From Candidatus Neomicrothrix sp. UBA825 (GTDB lineage: Bacteria; Actinomycetota; Acidimicrobiia; Acidimicrobiales; UBA8592), in contig DBHP01000091.1 of NCBI GenBank assembly GCA_002295705.1, forward strand, positions 43,971 through 107,970: 64,000 bases of DNA, given 5' to 3'. The position numbers and the translations under genes were made by a program. Positions within the stretch are counted from its first letter, which is position 1. Each line of letters begins with the position of its first letter. The notes below the pieces were generated by a model. It had not been told where the DNA came from, made no database searches, and worked only from the letters and a program-made list of their open reading frames with translations. Shown here in pieces: positions 62,248 through 64,000 of this stretch.

Positions 62248-62287
62248 TACATTTCAGATTAGTGCGATGTGTAAAGATCTTGCTTTA

Positions 62288-63751
62288 TTACTGGCTCTCC
62301 TGTCTTTCAAGGAACTCGTAAACTTCAACCATATCCACACCAGGGAAGCGCGAGAAACTTCTCGCTGGCAACGGTAATCCCGAAGATACGTTACTTCGGT
62401 CTCTAGCTGAAGGCCATGCTACTCCTTGCCAATGCTGCCTTACGCTTGCTCTTGGAGTATTGCAACATTCTTTATCTGGGCAATGCGATGTTGAGAATCT
62501 TTTTGTATCGCTGCCTCGGAACCATTTTGCTTGGTCTGCCGTTGTCCCTATCGTAACAGCGTGATAGGGCACTCTGTCTGCTTCAACATGAGTAACGCAC
62601 CAATACTTTCCGGAAGGCGTGTCAGTGTATTGATAGTGCAAAGAAAGTGAGTCCTGTGTATGAAAAGCCTGCCGGGTTCCCCAGTTCCTGCATAAATGTT
62701 CACCCTCAATTGTTCCGTCGATACCTTGTGGAAGAGGAACACCATCGTTTTCATAAGCTTTCCAAACAACGCCTTCATCATCTGACCTTAGGAAATGCAA
62801 TGTCAACCCAAGGTGCTGAGTCGCTAAATTAGTCAATCTATGCCCTGCCATTTCGTATGAAATATAAAAGATTTCCTGTAAATCCTCTATAGATATGTCC
62901 ATAGATTCATATGCTTTTTGTAAAAAATCCACTGCTGGCTTCTCAGGAGCAAGGATTGCGGCTGCGAAATAGTTTGATTCCACTCGTTGCCGCAGGTATG
63001 TTCCGACATCATCCGCAACCTCGTGATCTAGAGCGTAATGGCCGAGTGTTTGGAGCACAACCGAGCGTGAGGCACGAGTTGATAGATCATTCCTTTGAGG
63101 AATGTAGATAATCTTTTCCCTCTGATCAGTTATTGACCTTGTCGTTTGAGGTATGTTTTCAGCGCGTTTCACAGAAAAGCCAAAGTGATCACACACATCC
63201 ATAAGAATACGCTCAGAAACCGGACCTGAACCCGGGTAATCGAGAGAATTCAAAATACTCTGAGCAATAGTTTCGATTTCCTCATAATAATTATTCTTAC
63301 TGCTCATCTCACTTCGTAAGTCTTTATTTGAATTTCGAGCAATATTTTTAGGTGTATTTGGATTAGAAATCGTGAAAGTATTATCCTCCTCAAGAGCTGA
63401 ATACAATCCGATGATGTGCTCCAAGATTTCGTCTGGCATTCTTGACGAAGGCCTAAGATAAGGTAATTTTCGCTGCTTATTTTGTGGTTCGTCTTGCAAC
63501 CTTCGAAGTTCAATTTCTAAACCCGCTCTTCGATTCGGTGGCTCAGGGTCAAGAAGGTCCGACGGGGTACAATCCAGAGCAGAAGCAAGTTCTCTGATCA
63601 AAGTGACTCTCGGTTCCATAATACCATTTTCGAGTTGGGAGAGATATGGAGCAGGTTTACTTATAATTTTACCGAGCTGCACTAGAGTATAATTATTCCT
63701 CTTGCGATAATATTTTAGCCGTTGTCCAAACACTAATGAATCCACATTCAT
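62288..63751 (-). CDS. XRE-HTH short-chain fatty acyl-CoA regulator (RamB/PrpR/ScfR-like)
   Basis: N-terminal XRE HTH (PYLSQLENG), LGHYAL, NYFAAAIL and ISYEMAGHRLT; divergent from isocitrate lyase. Confidence 0.82.
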   Translation of the reverse strand: MNVDSLVFGQRLKYYRKRNNYTLVQLGKIISKPAPYLSQLENGIMEPRVTLIRELASALDCTPSDLLDPEPPNRRAGLEIELRRLQDEPQNKQRKLPYLRPSSRMPDEILEHIIGLYSALEEDNTFTISNPNTPKNIARNSNKDLRSEMSSKNNYYEEIETIAQSILNSLDYPGSGPVSERILMDVCDHFGFSVKRAENIPQTTRSITDQREKIIYIPQRNDLSTRASRSVVLQTLGHYALDHEVADDVGTYLRQRVESNYFAAAILAPEKPAVDFLQKAYESMDISIEDLQEIFYISYEMAGHRLTNLATQHLGLTLHFLRSDDEGVVWKAYENDGVPLPQGIDGTIEGEHLCRNWGTRQAFHTQDSLSLHYQYTDTPSGKYWCVTHVEADRVPYHAVTIGTTADQAKWFRGSDTKRFSTSHCPDKECCNTPRASVRQHWQGVAWPSARDRSNVSSGLPLPARSFSRFPGVDMVEVYEFLERQESQ

Positions 63752-63912
63752 CTCCTAAATATGTAAAAAGCATACCCCGAGACAAATAACTTTTGGCTTT
63801 TTTATCGATTTCAATAATTTCTGCATTATTTAGCCAGTTATAAGGTTGATTTTAGTAGAGTTCTACTGCATCGTGGATACGCACACATTACTTCCCCCTC
63901 AAGGAGACAACG

Positions 63913-64000
63913 ATGTCTAAGTCATTTGAAGAACAGGTCGACCAACTTAATAATGAATGGAAAGAGAACGATCGATGGGCCGGAGTCGTTCGTGACTACT
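63913..64000 (+). CDS. aceA: Isocitrate lyase, 5' fragment
   Basis: AAGGAG SD then MSKSFEEQVDQLNNEWKENDRWAGVVRDY, matching the W..n.RW.gi.R.Y N-terminus of ICL; only 29 codons are visible. Confidence 0.78.
   Translation, partial: MSKSFEEQVDQLNNEWKENDRWAGVVRDY

Noticed and set aside
1-64000. CRISPR arrays, transposases, prophage or defence genes
   Set aside because: No regularly spaced repeats or such ORFs seen; nearly all sequence is explained by housekeeping genes.

Overview
Dense, almost gap-free core-chromosome segment. I infer a streamlined, moderately low-GC actinobacterium, most like marine Acidimicrobiia, from gene content and order (class II DAHP synthase, a RamB-type regulator beside isocitrate lyase, the mreBCD-pbp2-rodA-radical SAM-rne-rplU-rpmA-obgE block) and from many leaderless promoters. 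Contents in order: gltB (partial; absent from the ORF track because it runs off the edge); M18 peptidase; trkA with two trkH paralogues, divergent from a K+-dependent membrane pyrophosphatase; ddl; a TetR-controlled lipid operon; a mitochondrial-type aconitase/LysR/carboxyltransferase/citrate synthase cluster; translation and chaperone genes; an atypical sigma-70 factor with a structured leader; a MoxR/VWA pair; cell-shape genes; clpX/clpP/tig; two tRNAs; an OatA-like acyltransferase; and the start of aceA. I saw no mobile elements or CRISPR arrays. The best candidate for an undescribed system is 14525-20075: a fatty-acyl reductase::HAD phosphatase fusion, a lactate-racemase-domain protein and an acyltransferase behind a perfect palindromic operator, resembling a re-assorted myxobacterial-type ether-lipid pathway. 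Other leads are a ClpP lacking its catalytic serine, a degenerate TrkH paralogue, and the sigma factor with its leader. All assignments come from motif recognition by eye; no searches were run.
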